NCBI GenBank assembly: GCA_043809585.1
Contig: JBDROZ010000061.1
Coordinates: forward strand, 1-41,944
DNA from: Candidatus Eiseniibacteriota bacterium
GTDB taxonomy: Bacteria > Orphanbacterota > Orphanbacteria > Orphanbacterales > Orphanbacteraceae
Reading direction: 5' to 3'
Length of the DNA: 41,944 nt
This document shows, piece by piece, positions 9,765-19,193 of the stretch (position 1 is its first letter; each line of letters begins with the position of its first letter). A program made the translations under genes and the position numbers. The notes under the pieces were generated by a model. That model was not told where the DNA came from and searched no databases. It saw only the letters and a list, made by a program, of their open reading frames with translations.

Positions 9765-10358
9765 ATGAGCAATCACTTTCTCTCCGACGACATCCGCGCC
9801 CTCTTCCAGGGGCGGCCCGCGCCGGAACGCCCGGAGGGATACGACGACCTCCGGCAGGCGGCGGCGTTCTTTCTCCTCGTGGACCGGGACGAGACACACG
9901 CCTTTCTCGTGAAGAAGAAAGAGACCCCCGGCTATACCTGGAGCGGCCAGGTCGGCATGGTGGGGGGCATGATCGAGAGGGGAGAAGGGGATCTCGAGGC
10001 CGCCTTCCGGGAGTTCGAGGAAGAGCTCAGCCTCCGTCCCGAATCCCTCGAGCTGCTCGGCGACCTCGGCTACTACTCGAGCTCCGTCGTGAACGCCTTT
10101 CTCCACGTCTTCGTAGCCCGCTGGAGCGGCGAGGGGGACCCGGTCCCCGACCCCGCCGAGATCGACTACATGATCGAAGTCCCCTTCTCGGTGCTCGAGG
10201 AGATCCACGAGCGGGAAAAGTACCCCGGCAAAACGCCCGACCCGGACGGGAAGGGCCCGTTCTATCCTGTGCGGGTCGATGGCCGGGGGCGCCTGGTTGT
10301 CTGGGGAGTAACGGCGAGGATCACTCACGCACTACTGGAGATGCTTCGCGGCGAATGA
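9765..10358 (+). CDS. Nudix hydrolase, CoA pyrophosphatase-like
   Basis: WSGQVGMVGG followed by Nudix box GGMIERGEGDLEAAFREFEEEL; C-terminal VWGVTARI. Confidence 0.8.
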   Translation: MSNHFLSDDIRALFQGRPAPERPEGYDDLRQAAAFFLLVDRDETHAFLVKKKETPGYTWSGQVGMVGGMIERGEGDLEAAFREFEEELSLRPESLELLGDLGYYSSSVVNAFLHVFVARWSGEGDPVPDPAEIDYMIEVPFSVLEEIHEREKYPGKTPDPDGKGPFYPVRVDGRGRLVVWGVTARITHALLEMLRGE

Positions 10359-12759
10359 CGAGAAACGAGAGAAAGGCGACGGCGTAGGCCGCCGCGCCGA
10401 GGAAGAGCACCGCCCGGAACCCGAAGCCGATGGCCAGCAGCGTCGCGAGGACCGACGCCATCACCGACGTCGCCCCGTTCACCCCCCACACCCACGGCAC
10501 CATTCCCTTCCGCTCCTCCCCGAGGGCGCGAACGCCCGCCGGGAAGGGGATTCCCATCACGAAGGCGAGAGGCAGAAGAAGAGCCACGGCGATCGCGACC
10601 CGCGCCGCGAAGGAGGCGCCGAGAGTCCCGTCGAAGAGGCCCTGCAAGATCATCGCAAAGGCGGGGACACCGGCGACGAGGAGGATCGGCGGCAGGACGA
10701 GCCACCGCCCCGACAGCCTCTGCGAGACGAGGCTCCCGACCCCGCTTCCGATGAGAAGCGCGAAGAGCACCACCGACAGCGCGTGGACCGGGTGGCCGAG
10801 GTAGAGGATGAACCGTTGCATGAGCGGAATCTCGACGAGCAGATAGCCCAGGCCGAGAGAGACGAAGTAGAGCAGGAACGCCGCCCCCCTCCGGTCCAGG
10901 ACGACCGGCTCCCCCCGGCGCACGACCGCCGGCAGCATCAGAAAGGCCGCCGTGAAGAGGAGCACGATCACGAGAAGACCGGCGAGCACGAACATGGCCC
11001 GGACGTTGTTCTGCATCACCCCCTGTTCGATTCCCCCCCGGCCGAGGAGCGCGCGGAGGGCATCCGCCGGGCGGAGCATGTAGAAGAAGAAGGGGCGGTC
11101 GTCGGTGGGGGGCGAGACGTCGAACGGGTACCCCTCGGCGAAGCGGGACGGGCCGAGATCGAAGAGCCGCTCGAAGTCCGGATGGTTCGCCGCCTCCCCC
11201 GGCGCGAAGACGAGATCGAATTTCAGATCTCCCGCGATCCGCCGGATGTGGTCCACCTCCCCCGCTTCCCACGGCGTCCGCTTCACGAGGAGCGTGCCGA
11301 CGCCGTCCCGGAACTCGTTCAGCCGGTACGCCCAATCCCAAGTCGACCGCTTCACCACCATGATGTGCCGGGCCGGGTCTTCCACGCCCATCGCCTCAAG
11401 GGCCGCGGCCGCCACCCCGGCGAGGCGGAGCGTCTCGATCGGCCGCCCCTTGAAGAACCAGCGGGACATGGTGAGGATTCCGTCCTCCCGGAGGCGGCCG
11501 AGAAAGTCGACGAAGGCCTCCTTCGTGTACAGGTTGCTCTCGGAGAGGACGTACGCCCCGGCGGAGGTCGCCGCCCACGTGTCGATGAGGGAGGCCTGGA
11601 TGATGCCGAACTTCTCCCCCGACCGCCGCGCGAAGCTCCGCCCTTCCGCGGCGACGATCGTCACCTCCGGCCGGTCGTAGAGGCGCCCGGAGTACTCGCC
11701 GAAGGGGCCCCGAACGGCTTCGATGATGGCCGGGTTGATCTCGACGCCCGTCACGTCCCGGTAGCCGAAGGAGAGGGCGGTGAGCACGTCCCGCCCGCCG
11801 CCGGGGCCGATGATCATGACCGGCACGTCGTTTCGGAGCGTATACGCGAGGGCGGTCACGTCGTACTGGACCGCCCGGACGGCATCGAGCTCCCCTTCGA
11901 AGCGGACGATCGGCGTCCCGGCCTCGGCGTCGATCTTGAGCCAGAGCGTCTCCGGCTTCGGGCCCTGGTACGCCTCGCTCGTCGCCCAGTTCACGGTTCC
12001 CCGGTCGGTCACCGTGACCCTGGCGAGGGCGTTCCACTTCTCGTAGAGGATCGCTTTCTCCAACTCGTCCTTCGCGAAATCGATGCGGAAGAGCCCCGTC
12101 CCTTCTTGGACACCGAGGAGAACGGCGAAGAAGACGATGACGAGGACGGCCATCCGGAGAACCCGGCGCGAACCGTCCACGGCGAAGAGCGCCGCGCCCG
12201 CCGCCGCCGCCAGAGCCACGACGAAGACCGCCCCCGGCCCGCTCACCCGGTTCAGCAGCGGGACCACCAGGGCGCACCCGACGCCGGCGCCGACCAGATC
12301 GTAGCCGTAGACCACGCCGATCCTCTTCCGGTACCGGGAGAGGGCGAGGCCGAGTGTGACGCCGCCGAGCAGGAAGGGGACCGCCGCGAAGGCGTAGATC
12401 AGGAAAAGGGAGACGAGGGCGGGCAGAGACACGCGGTAGACGAAGGGAACGCCGAGGATCAGCGTGAACGACACCGGGATGGAGACCGCGAAGAGAAGGG
12501 CGAACCGGGCCATCTGTTCCCCCACCTCTTCCCGGGGGAACCGCTCGGGAAAGAAGTGGAGGAGAAGCCCCCCCGCGCCGAGCCCGAAAAGGGCGAGGGA
12601 GATCGCGAGAAAGGCGAAGTGGTACCAGAGCACCACCGAGAAGATCCGGGTGAGCGCGATCTCGAAGGCGAGAAGGGACATCGACGTCATGAACACGCCG
12701 AGGAGCTTGCTTCTGGTCAATGGAGGCATGCCAAGTCCCTGCTTCGACAACTCGTTCAT
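10321..12759 (-). CDS. Multi-pass membrane protein with central spermidine-synthase-like SAM-binding domain
   Basis: N- and C-terminal TM clusters; IIGPGGGRDV, GVEINP, EGRSF, SLIDTWAAT, ESNLYTKEAF; GIPFPAG and WVWGVNG. Confidence 0.8.
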   Translation of the reverse strand: MNELSKQGLGMPPLTRSKLLGVFMTSMSLLAFEIALTRIFSVVLWYHFAFLAISLALFGLGAGGLLLHFFPERFPREEVGEQMARFALLFAVSIPVSFTLILGVPFVYRVSLPALVSLFLIYAFAAVPFLLGGVTLGLALSRYRKRIGVVYGYDLVGAGVGCALVVPLLNRVSGPGAVFVVALAAAAGAALFAVDGSRRVLRMAVLVIVFFAVLLGVQEGTGLFRIDFAKDELEKAILYEKWNALARVTVTDRGTVNWATSEAYQGPKPETLWLKIDAEAGTPIVRFEGELDAVRAVQYDVTALAYTLRNDVPVMIIGPGGGRDVLTALSFGYRDVTGVEINPAIIEAVRGPFGEYSGRLYDRPEVTIVAAEGRSFARRSGEKFGIIQASLIDTWAATSAGAYVLSESNLYTKEAFVDFLGRLREDGILTMSRWFFKGRPIETLRLAGVAAAALEAMGVEDPARHIMVVKRSTWDWAYRLNEFRDGVGTLLVKRTPWEAGEVDHIRRIAGDLKFDLVFAPGEAANHPDFERLFDLGPSRFAEGYPFDVSPPTDDRPFFFYMLRPADALRALLGRGGIEQGVMQNNVRAMFVLAGLLVIVLLFTAAFLMLPAVVRRGEPVVLDRRGAAFLLYFVSLGLGYLLVEIPLMQRFILYLGHPVHALSVVLFALLIGSGVGSLVSQRLSGRWLVLPPILLVAGVPAFAMILQGLFDGTLGASFAARVAIAVALLLPLAFVMGIPFPAGVRALGEERKGMVPWVWGVNGATSVMASVLATLLAIGFGFRAVLFLGAAAYAVAFLSFLVIRREASPVVRE

Positions 12760-12845
12760 GACAAACGAAAAGCCGCCTTACCCGACTTCTCGGATCGTAA
12801 AGCGTCTTCCTCTTGATTTCATACGATCCCCGAGTCCTTTCCGAA

Positions 12846-13026
12846 AGTTCGCGGTCCTCGAGCGGATTCGTCGCGAGGCCCTCGGGGAGCGCGCCGAGAG
12901 GCCGGTTCGTGCGAGACGCCTCCCGGAGGCATAGCCGAAGCTATGTCGAGGAAGACGTCGACGGAGAACCCGCCTCGCAGGCCGCGATCCCCGGCCGCAG
13001 TAGAATCCGCGAGAGGATCGCGAACT
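12846..13026. repeat. Palindromic MITE/REP-like element (family A)
   Basis: Imperfect 24-bp terminal IR AGTTCGCGGTCCTCGAGCGGATTC / GAATCCGCGAGAGGATCGCGAACT; subterminal TTCGTCGCGAG and CGCAGTAGAA; internal hairpin CATAGC-CGAA-GCTATG. Confidence 0.7.
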
Positions 13027-13219
13027 AACCTTGATCTTTTATAAAATCTCGGCTCAAAACGCTGACGCTCGCATGATAGCACGCCATCTGCGACCGGGCG
13101 CGGCATTCACCAATGCTCACATATCGTTGTATTTGCTCTGCTTGGTGAATGCCGCGCGCTGCCGCATCTGACGTACTCTCACGCGTTTGCTCTCGAGATT
13201 TTATGAAAGATCAAGGCTA
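13026..13219. mobile_element. MITE-like element with 26-bp terminal inverted repeats bounded by TA
   Basis: 13026-13051 TAACCTTGATCTTTTATAAAATCTCG vs 13194-13219 (24/26 complementary); perfect 16-bp internal IR 13098-13113/13142-13157; AT-richer than flanks; no credible ORF. Confidence 0.7.
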
Positions 13220-15142
13220 ATCCACATAGCCGAGGGCCTTCAGGTCCTCCAGCTCTTCGTCCCTGAGTTCCGGCAGCGCCTCGCCCCGGCGGAGGACGGC
13301 GCCCGGGCCCTCCCCGGCCCGGAGATACCGGACCGGGTTCGCGGCGAGCCACGCCCCGCCCATCACCTCCGTCAAGACCCGCCCCTTCAGGCCCTCCGGC
13401 ACCGGGAGCCCGCAGAGGTGAAGGACCGTGGGCGCGATGTCGAACACCGACGGATCCTCGAACGCCCCCCCCTCCTCGACCGGCCCCCCCCCCATCACGA
13501 TGATCCCCTCGGGTCCGAATCGGTGCCCGGTCCCGTCCAGATCGTGGCCGTGATCGGAGATGATGATCACCACCTCGCCCTTCGCGCTCCCGACGACGAC
13601 GCCGATCAGGCTGTCCCAATCGGAGTGGGCGTCTTCGATCGTCCTCGACAGACGGGTCACCCCCTCTTCGGTGGTGAAACGCCGGAAGTACTCGTTCAGC
13701 GTCGGCCGATCCTTCGTCTTCCCGAAGACGTGCTCCACGATGTAGGCGTGCTCGAGGGCGTCCACGGCCGTCAAACCGACCGCGGCGAAGCGGGGCTGCA
13801 GCGAGTCGATCAGGGCCCGTCCGAGACTCGCGTACTTGACGTCCCTCTCCATCTGGTAGCGCAGGTTCTCGATCCGTTTCCTGTAGATTCCGAGCTCTTT
13901 GGGCTTCGCGTCCGCCCACTCGTCCCCGATGATGCGCCGCACCAGGGGTTCCGCCTCTTCGCGGAAGTCCCGGCGGAGACGGTCCTTCATCTCCGGCGGG
14001 TAGGCGATCGGCCAACCGAGGTCCGCCGTGCCGAAGCGCTCCGTGATCATGACGCCCCGGACCGGCGTCGCCGGCCAGGAGTACCGCCAGCCGACCACGC
14101 AGACATCAAGCCCGGCGGCGCCGATGTAGTCCCACATCTCCGGCGCCCGTTTCTGAGCGCTCGACGCGTAAACCGCTTTCCCGATTCCCCGCCGGGCGAG
14201 CTTCGGCACGAGCTTCTGGAAGACGAAGCGCTTGCTGTTGCCGATGCCCGGGAAGCGGGTGATGAGGGCGTTCGAGCCGGGCGGCCGGTAGCCGAAGAAA
14301 TCGCAGAGGCCGCTCTCGTCGTCGTCCAAACCGGTGGAGATGCTCGTCCACATGTAGGGGGAAACGGTGGGAAACGAGATCCCGAGATTCCCCCACACAC
14401 CCCGGTCCATGAGGGCCTTCAGGTTCGGCATGCGCCCCGCTTCCAAGACCGGGCGGATGTAATCCCAGTCGGCGCCGTCCATCACGATGAGGCGCACCGG
14501 GACCCCCGTCGATGACGCGAGAGAGGGGTCGTACGCCGGAGCCCGGAACGACGGTCCTTCCGTGAGAACGCCGGCGGCCACCAGGGCGACGACCAGGGCG
14601 AGCGCCCCGCCCCGGGCGAGCCGCCCCCGCCGCCCCGAAGGGTCCTCGCCCGCCCAGCGCCGGACGGCGAGCAGGGCGAGGCCGAAGAAAAGTCCGAAGA
14701 GGAGGGCGACCCCCGCTACAGTAAGGAAGCGGATGAAACTCTCCGGGACGGTCACGGTCATGCTCGGGATCGACTTCCTGTACCACTGGTGGCAGTCGTA
14801 GCAGCGGGCGAGCCCCTCCAGGAAGGCGAAGAGGGCCGCGGTCACCGCCGCGCCGAAGACGCCCGCGCTCCCCCCGAAGCGCCGCCGCACCGCCCGCGGG
14901 ACGAGGAGGAAGAGAACTCCCGCCGCCGCTCCGGCGCCGGCGCCGACGATGCCGTAGAAGAGGGGAAAGAAGAGAAGGACCATGGCCCGGTCCCGGAAAC
15001 CCTGGATCCCCGGGTTCCGGATCAGGCTCTCCGAGGCGAAGAAAAGCCCCGCGAACATCCCGGCGAGGATCCCGGCCGCGAGGGCCGCGAGGAATCGGCC
15101 GAGGAAGTCGCGGCCGTGATTTGTCGTTCCGTTCTTCGTCAC
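13217..15142 (-). CDS. Membrane-anchored alkaline phosphatase superfamily protein (type I phosphodiesterase/NPP-like)
   Basis: Several N-terminal TM helices; IVMDGADW, PTVSPYMWTSISTG, IISDHG, DIAPTVL, LKALGYV; start codon uncertain because it lies inside a repeat. Confidence 0.8.
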   Translation of the reverse strand: MTKNGTTNHGRDFLGRFLAALAAGILAGMFAGLFFASESLIRNPGIQGFRDRAMVLLFFPLFYGIVGAGAGAAAGVLFLLVPRAVRRRFGGSAGVFGAAVTAALFAFLEGLARCYDCHQWYRKSIPSMTVTVPESFIRFLTVAGVALLFGLFFGLALLAVRRWAGEDPSGRRGRLARGGALALVVALVAAGVLTEGPSFRAPAYDPSLASSTGVPVRLIVMDGADWDYIRPVLEAGRMPNLKALMDRGVWGNLGISFPTVSPYMWTSISTGLDDDESGLCDFFGYRPPGSNALITRFPGIGNSKRFVFQKLVPKLARRGIGKAVYASSAQKRAPEMWDYIGAAGLDVCVVGWRYSWPATPVRGVMITERFGTADLGWPIAYPPEMKDRLRRDFREEAEPLVRRIIGDEWADAKPKELGIYRKRIENLRYQMERDVKYASLGRALIDSLQPRFAAVGLTAVDALEHAYIVEHVFGKTKDRPTLNEYFRRFTTEEGVTRLSRTIEDAHSDWDSLIGVVVGSAKGEVVIIISDHGHDLDGTGHRFGPEGIIVMGGGPVEEGGAFEDPSVFDIAPTVLHLCGLPVPEGLKGRVLTEVMGGAWLAANPVRYLRAGEGPGAVLRRGEALPELRDEELEDLKALGYVD

Positions 15143-15298
15143 TGAATCCGTCCCGTTCGGCGTTCTCCAGTTTCCCTGTCCGCCGGTTCGATCCTTCGAT
15201 ACGGCGCTTCGCGCCTACTCAGGACGAACGGCGGGGGATGGGGCCCGGCCGGCCTGTCCGACCCCGATCGCGAGCCGCAGTAGAATCCATCCCCCATC
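15087..15298. repeat. Direct repeat copy 1 (212 bp)
   Basis: Matches 15373-15584 at offset 286 with 5 substitutions by eye. Confidence 0.9.
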
Positions 15299-15345
15299 TT
15301 CCCCGTCGTCATAAGACCTCGCCGGTTCTTCCCAAGATCCCTGCC

Positions 15346-15592
15346 GGTTCGCGGGTGGGGGATGGATTCGTAGCGAGGAATCGGCGGAGGAAGTCGCGGC
15401 CGTGATTTGTCGTTCCGTTCTTCGTCACTGAGTCCGTCCCGGTCGGCGTTCTCCAATTTCCCGGTCCGCCGGTTCGATCCTTCGATACGGCGCTTCGCGC
15501 CTACTCAGGACGAACGGCGGGGGATGGGGCCCGGCCGGCCTGTCCGACCCCGATCGCGAGCCGCAGTAGAATCCATCCCCCATCCGCGAACC
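15346..15592. repeat. Palindromic MITE/REP-like element (family A) containing direct repeat copy 2 (15373-15584)
   Basis: 24-bp terminal IR GGTTCGCGGGTGGGGGATGGATTC / GAATCCATCCCCCATCCGCGAACC (1 mismatch); TTCGTAGCGAG and CGCAGTAGAA subterminal motifs. Confidence 0.7.
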
Positions 15593-16315
15593 TATTCCCA
15601 GGTGTAGTTGTCGAGCAATCCCCGCAGTTCCCCCGCCGTTCGTGTCCGCGCCGTGATGAGGGAGGCCTTCAGGCCCCTGCAAATGTCCTTCACGATCGGC
15701 GGTTGTGCGCGGTACCGCCTCGCCCCCCCGAGGATTTCGTGGAAGACCCGGACCATGTCGACCACGTCCCGGGCGATCCTCGCCTTCGTCGGGCGGCCGA
15801 GATCGAAGAAATCGAGAAGCTTGAGACGGAACGAGAGCCCCACCCTCTCCACGAGGATGTTGTCCGTGTGGATATCGCCGTGGTACTGGCCCTTCAGATG
15901 AATCGGCTCCACCCCGGCGGCGAGGGCGTGCAGCAGGTGGAGCGCCTCGAAGGGACGAAGGCGCTTCCCCGGTTGCAGCAGCTGAAAGCGGCTGAGCATC
16001 TCTCCCGGGGCCAGATCGGAGACTACGTACTCGATCGGGTAGCCGTGGAATCGGATCCGGTCGTGGTAGAGATACTGCACGACCACGGGGCAGTCCCGAA
16101 ACCGGTGCAGCTTGAGCGCGTACCGCCGCGCCGTAACCCCCTTCGGGTTCCGATCGGGATAGTAGAACTTGGCGACGCGGCTGATCCCGGTCCCCCGCTC
16201 GACGATCCGGTAGACCTCCCCCTCCCACCCCTGGCCCACCTTCTCGGCGATGGTGTACCGCCCCCCCCAGCGTCCGCCCTTCCTGGAAATCGAAGGTGGC
16301 GAAGTCTCGTGCCAT
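15592..16315 (-). pseudogene. Hanks-type Ser/Thr protein kinase, frameshifted in a G8 run (real frameshift or sequencing error)
   Basis: GGAGGAGG RBS and ATG at 16315 give MARDFATFDFQEGRTLGG; removing one G at 16261-16268 joins this to RYTIAEKVGQGWEGEVY...VAK...HGDIHTDNIL...LLDF. Confidence 0.75.
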
Positions 16316-16369
16316 GGTCTTCCTCCTCCCCTGATTGTAGGCGACCCGAGCCCCGACGGAAAGCTCCGG

Positions 16370-16398
16370 TTGAGCCCCGGACCGCCGGAGCCTATAAT
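16370..16398 (+). promoter_or_regulatory. Putative sigma70 promoter for the DUF302 gene
   Basis: TTGAGC-N17-TATAAT, followed by AAGGAGGT RBS. Confidence 0.55.
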
Positions 16399-16431
16399 GT
16401 CCCTCGAAAGACCCCGAAGGAGGTGAGACCG

Positions 16432-16818
16432 ATGGAACTCGGCATGGAGAAGAAGCTCGACCTGCCCTACGAGAAAGCGGTCGAGGCGGCCCGGGCCGCC
16501 CTCAAGGAGGAAGGCTTCGGCATTCTCACCGAGATCGACGTCCAGGCGACCCTGAAAGAGAAGATGGACGCGGAATTCCGGAGATACGTGATCCTCGGAG
16601 CGTGCAATCCGCCCCTCGCCCACCGCGCCCTTCGCGAGACCCTGCAGGTGGGACTTCTCCTCCCCTGCAACGTGGTGGTCTACGAAGAGGGGGAGGGCTC
16701 GGTCGTTTCCGCCATGAACCCGGCCCTCATGTCCGAGTTCTTCCGGAGCGAAAGCCTCAAGGAAGTCGCCGAGGAAGCCCGGAAGCGCATCGGGCGGGCG
16801 CTCGAGAAGATCGGCTGA
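16432..16818 (+). CDS. DUF302 domain protein
   Basis: EGFGILTEIDVQATLKEK, YVILGACNP, VGLLLPCNVVV; strong RBS. Confidence 0.85.
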   Translation: MELGMEKKLDLPYEKAVEAARAALKEEGFGILTEIDVQATLKEKMDAEFRRYVILGACNPPLAHRALRETLQVGLLLPCNVVVYEEGEGSVVSAMNPALMSEFFRSESLKEVAEEARKRIGRALEKIG

Positions 16819-16838
16819 GCCGGGAAGGAGGTACTTCG

Positions 16839-17261
16839 GTGTCCCTTCGCCAATCGATGACGGCGTTCGTGTTCGCGATCATCCTCGTTCCCGGGGGGGC
16901 GGGCGCTCAGGTGGTGGTGAACCGCCAGGGGGACGAGAATCCGGCGATCTCGGTGACCAAGTCGATCCTCTGGGGGGGCCTCGGCGGTCTCATCCTGGGG
17001 GGGGCGATCGCCCTGGTCGCCGACGATAACGAAGGGGAGATCGTGAAGTGGTCGTTCGTGGGGGGGACCTTCGGGGGCCTCGCCCTCGGCCTCTGGCACG
17101 TCACCCATCGCCCCGAGCCGCCCCAAGCCCTTCTGGAAGCGGACCAAGACGGCGTCCGATTCGCCGCCCCGGTTTTCGATTTCGAGAGCCGGCCCGACCC
17201 GCTCCTCGGCGGAGAGGGGATCGACCACCGGGTTCGCCTGGCGCTTCTTTCGATTCGCTGA
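16839..17261 (+). CDS. Hypothetical exported/membrane protein
   Basis: AAGGAGGT RBS and GTG start; signal-like N-terminus; two Gly-rich hydrophobic helices. Confidence 0.65.
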   Translation: MSLRQSMTAFVFAIILVPGGAGAQVVVNRQGDENPAISVTKSILWGGLGGLILGGAIALVADDNEGEIVKWSFVGGTFGGLALGLWHVTHRPEPPQALLEADQDGVRFAAPVFDFESRPDPLLGGEGIDHRVRLALLSIR

Positions 17262-17270
17262 CGGAGGAAA

Positions 17271-18605
17271 TTACGAGAGGAGCGGGGAATCACCCGGGGT
17301 CTCGCGGCCTTGCACGATGAAGCGGAGCCGGGTGACCCGCTGGTCTTGGATTTCTTCCACGACCAGAATCCCGCCGGAGATCGCCATGCGGGCACCCTCC
17401 TCGGGCAGGTCTCCGGCCGTGTCGAGCAGCACCCCGGCCACCGTGTCCGCGCCCGTTTTGGGCAGGGCGACACCCGTCGCCTCCTCGAACTCGCTCACCG
17501 CGCACCCGCCGTCGATCACGAACTGGGTGGGGCCGACCTGCCGGACCGGCGGGACCTCCCGGTCGAACTCGTCCTGGATCTCGCCGACCAGCTCTTCGAT
17601 CACGTCTTCCAGCGTCAGCATGCCGAGGGTGCCGCCATGTTCGTCCAGAACGATGCCGAGGTGGACCCGGCGGGCCTGGAACTCCCGAAGGATCGTCTGC
17701 AGGGGCGTATGCTCCGGGAAGAACAGGATGCTCCTCTTCAGCTTACGGAGGTCCACCGGGTTCCCATTCGATTCCCGGACCGCCCGGTAGAGGTCCTTCA
17801 CGTGGACGAAGCCGATCACCCGGTCGATGCTCCCGTCGCAGAGGGGGAACCGGGTGTATCCGCACCCTTCGGCGACCGAAAGATTCTCCTCCCCGTCGCT
17901 CTCCACGTTCAGGTGGATGACGTCCGGGCGGGGAACCATCACGTGGTGGGCCTCCCGGTCGTGGAAGTCGAGGACCTTCTCCATCATCTTCGTCTCGTGG
18001 TCGGTCAGCTCGCCCCCCGCCGCGGAGCGGTTGAAGAGGAGCCGAATCTCCGCTTCCGAGTGCACGTGATGGGCCGGATCCGAACCCGCGATTCCGATCA
18101 GCCGGAGCAGGAGCATCGCCGCCCCGTTGGTGAGGGCGATGAAAGGGTACAAGACCACGTAGAAGACGTGGAGGGGCAGCGCGGTCAGCAGAGTGACGTC
18201 GAGCGATCTCCGGATGGCGAACGACTTCGGGGCCATCTCGCCCACCACGATATGCAGGAACGTGATGGTCGTGAAGGCGATGATGAATGAGACCGTATGG
18301 AGAAGGGCCTCGGAATGAACGCCCACGTTGTGTAGGAGGGGAATCAGCAACCGGGCGAGGAAGGGCTCGCCGATCCAGCCGAGGGCGAGGCTCGCCAGGG
18401 TGATCCCCACCTGGCAACCCGACAGATAGGCGTCCAGGTGTCTCAGGATGTACCGCGCCACCCGCGCCCGCCGGTGGCCGGCCGCGGCCATTCCTTCGAT
18501 CTTCATCGCCGGTGCCGTCACGATGGCGAACTCGGCCGCGACGAAGAAGCCGTTCAGGAAGACGAACAGGAGTACGACGAGTATTTTGGACAAGGGATCG
18601 TCCAT
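17271..18605 (-). CDS. CNNM/CBS/CorC-HlyC domain membrane protein (hemolysin family, Mg/Co transport-associated)
   Basis: LNGFFVAAEFA, QVGITLASLALGWIGEP, GEMAPK, VMVPRP, DEHGGTLGMLTLEDVIEELVGEIQDEFD. Confidence 0.9.
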   Translation of the reverse strand: MDDPLSKILVVLLFVFLNGFFVAAEFAIVTAPAMKIEGMAAAGHRRARVARYILRHLDAYLSGCQVGITLASLALGWIGEPFLARLLIPLLHNVGVHSEALLHTVSFIIAFTTITFLHIVVGEMAPKSFAIRRSLDVTLLTALPLHVFYVVLYPFIALTNGAAMLLLRLIGIAGSDPAHHVHSEAEIRLLFNRSAAGGELTDHETKMMEKVLDFHDREAHHVMVPRPDVIHLNVESDGEENLSVAEGCGYTRFPLCDGSIDRVIGFVHVKDLYRAVRESNGNPVDLRKLKRSILFFPEHTPLQTILREFQARRVHLGIVLDEHGGTLGMLTLEDVIEELVGEIQDEFDREVPPVRQVGPTQFVIDGGCAVSEFEEATGVALPKTGADTVAGVLLDTAGDLPEEGARMAISGGILVVEEIQDQRVTRLRFIVQGRETPGDSPLLS

Positions 18606-18719
18606 TAGCGTGGATGGCTCCGTGCGCGGAAGCCAGCCCGGATCATGCATGAATCTCCGTCGCGAGGGCTCGCAGCCGGCGAGCCGGGGCCACGGTAGGA
18701 GATTGGTGCATGGTCCGGG

Positions 18720-19100
18720 CTATACCTCCTCCGGCGTCAAACCGATCGCCAGAATGCTGCAGGCGTTCATGGCGTTCAGGCCGAGGGCCTTCGCTTCCGC
18801 CATCAACTCGTCGCTTTCGGCGCCCGGATTGACATAGATCTCCCTGGCTTTCTTATCGGCGATATCCGGGAGCAGCCTCACCCCCACCGCCGCCGGAACG
18901 TAGAGAGAAACGATGTCCACGTTCCCCGGAATGTCCCGGATCGAGGGGTACGCCTTGAAGCCTTCCACCTCGTCCGCCTTCGGCGTCACGGGATAAACGG
19001 TGTAGCCTTTCATCGCCCAGGCCCGGACCGCCTTGTTCCCGTACTTCTCCCGATTCGTGGATGCGCCGATGATGGCGATGGTCTTGCTCTCGGCCGTCAC
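18720..19100 (-). CDS. CoA-binding protein (YccU-like)
   Basis: GTG start after GGAGGGAG; TIAIIGAS...KYGNK, VYPVTP, NPGAES, NACS. Confidence 0.85.
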   Translation of the reverse strand: MTAESKTIAIIGASTNREKYGNKAVRAWAMKGYTVYPVTPKADEVEGFKAYPSIRDIPGNVDIVSLYVPAAVGVRLLPDIADKKAREIYVNPGAESDELMAEAKALGLNAMNACSILAIGLTPEEV

Positions 19101-19193
19101 GTCATCTCCCTCCCCGGGGCCGTCGCCCCCCTGAGAATGTAGCACAGGGAGTATGCCCGGGAAAGCCCTCCATCGCGGGGCCGGCGGTTAACC

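Noticed and set aside
9621-10328. N-terminal extension of the 1073-aa ORF
   Set aside because: Antisense to the Nudix gene; the signal peptide begins at 9620
10321-10358. 38-bp convergent overlap of the Nudix and membrane protein genes
   Set aside because: Short tail-to-tail overlaps are common in high-GC genomes
15087-15584. Possible CRISPR array
   Set aside because: Only two long copies, no short repeat-spacer periodicity and no cas genes
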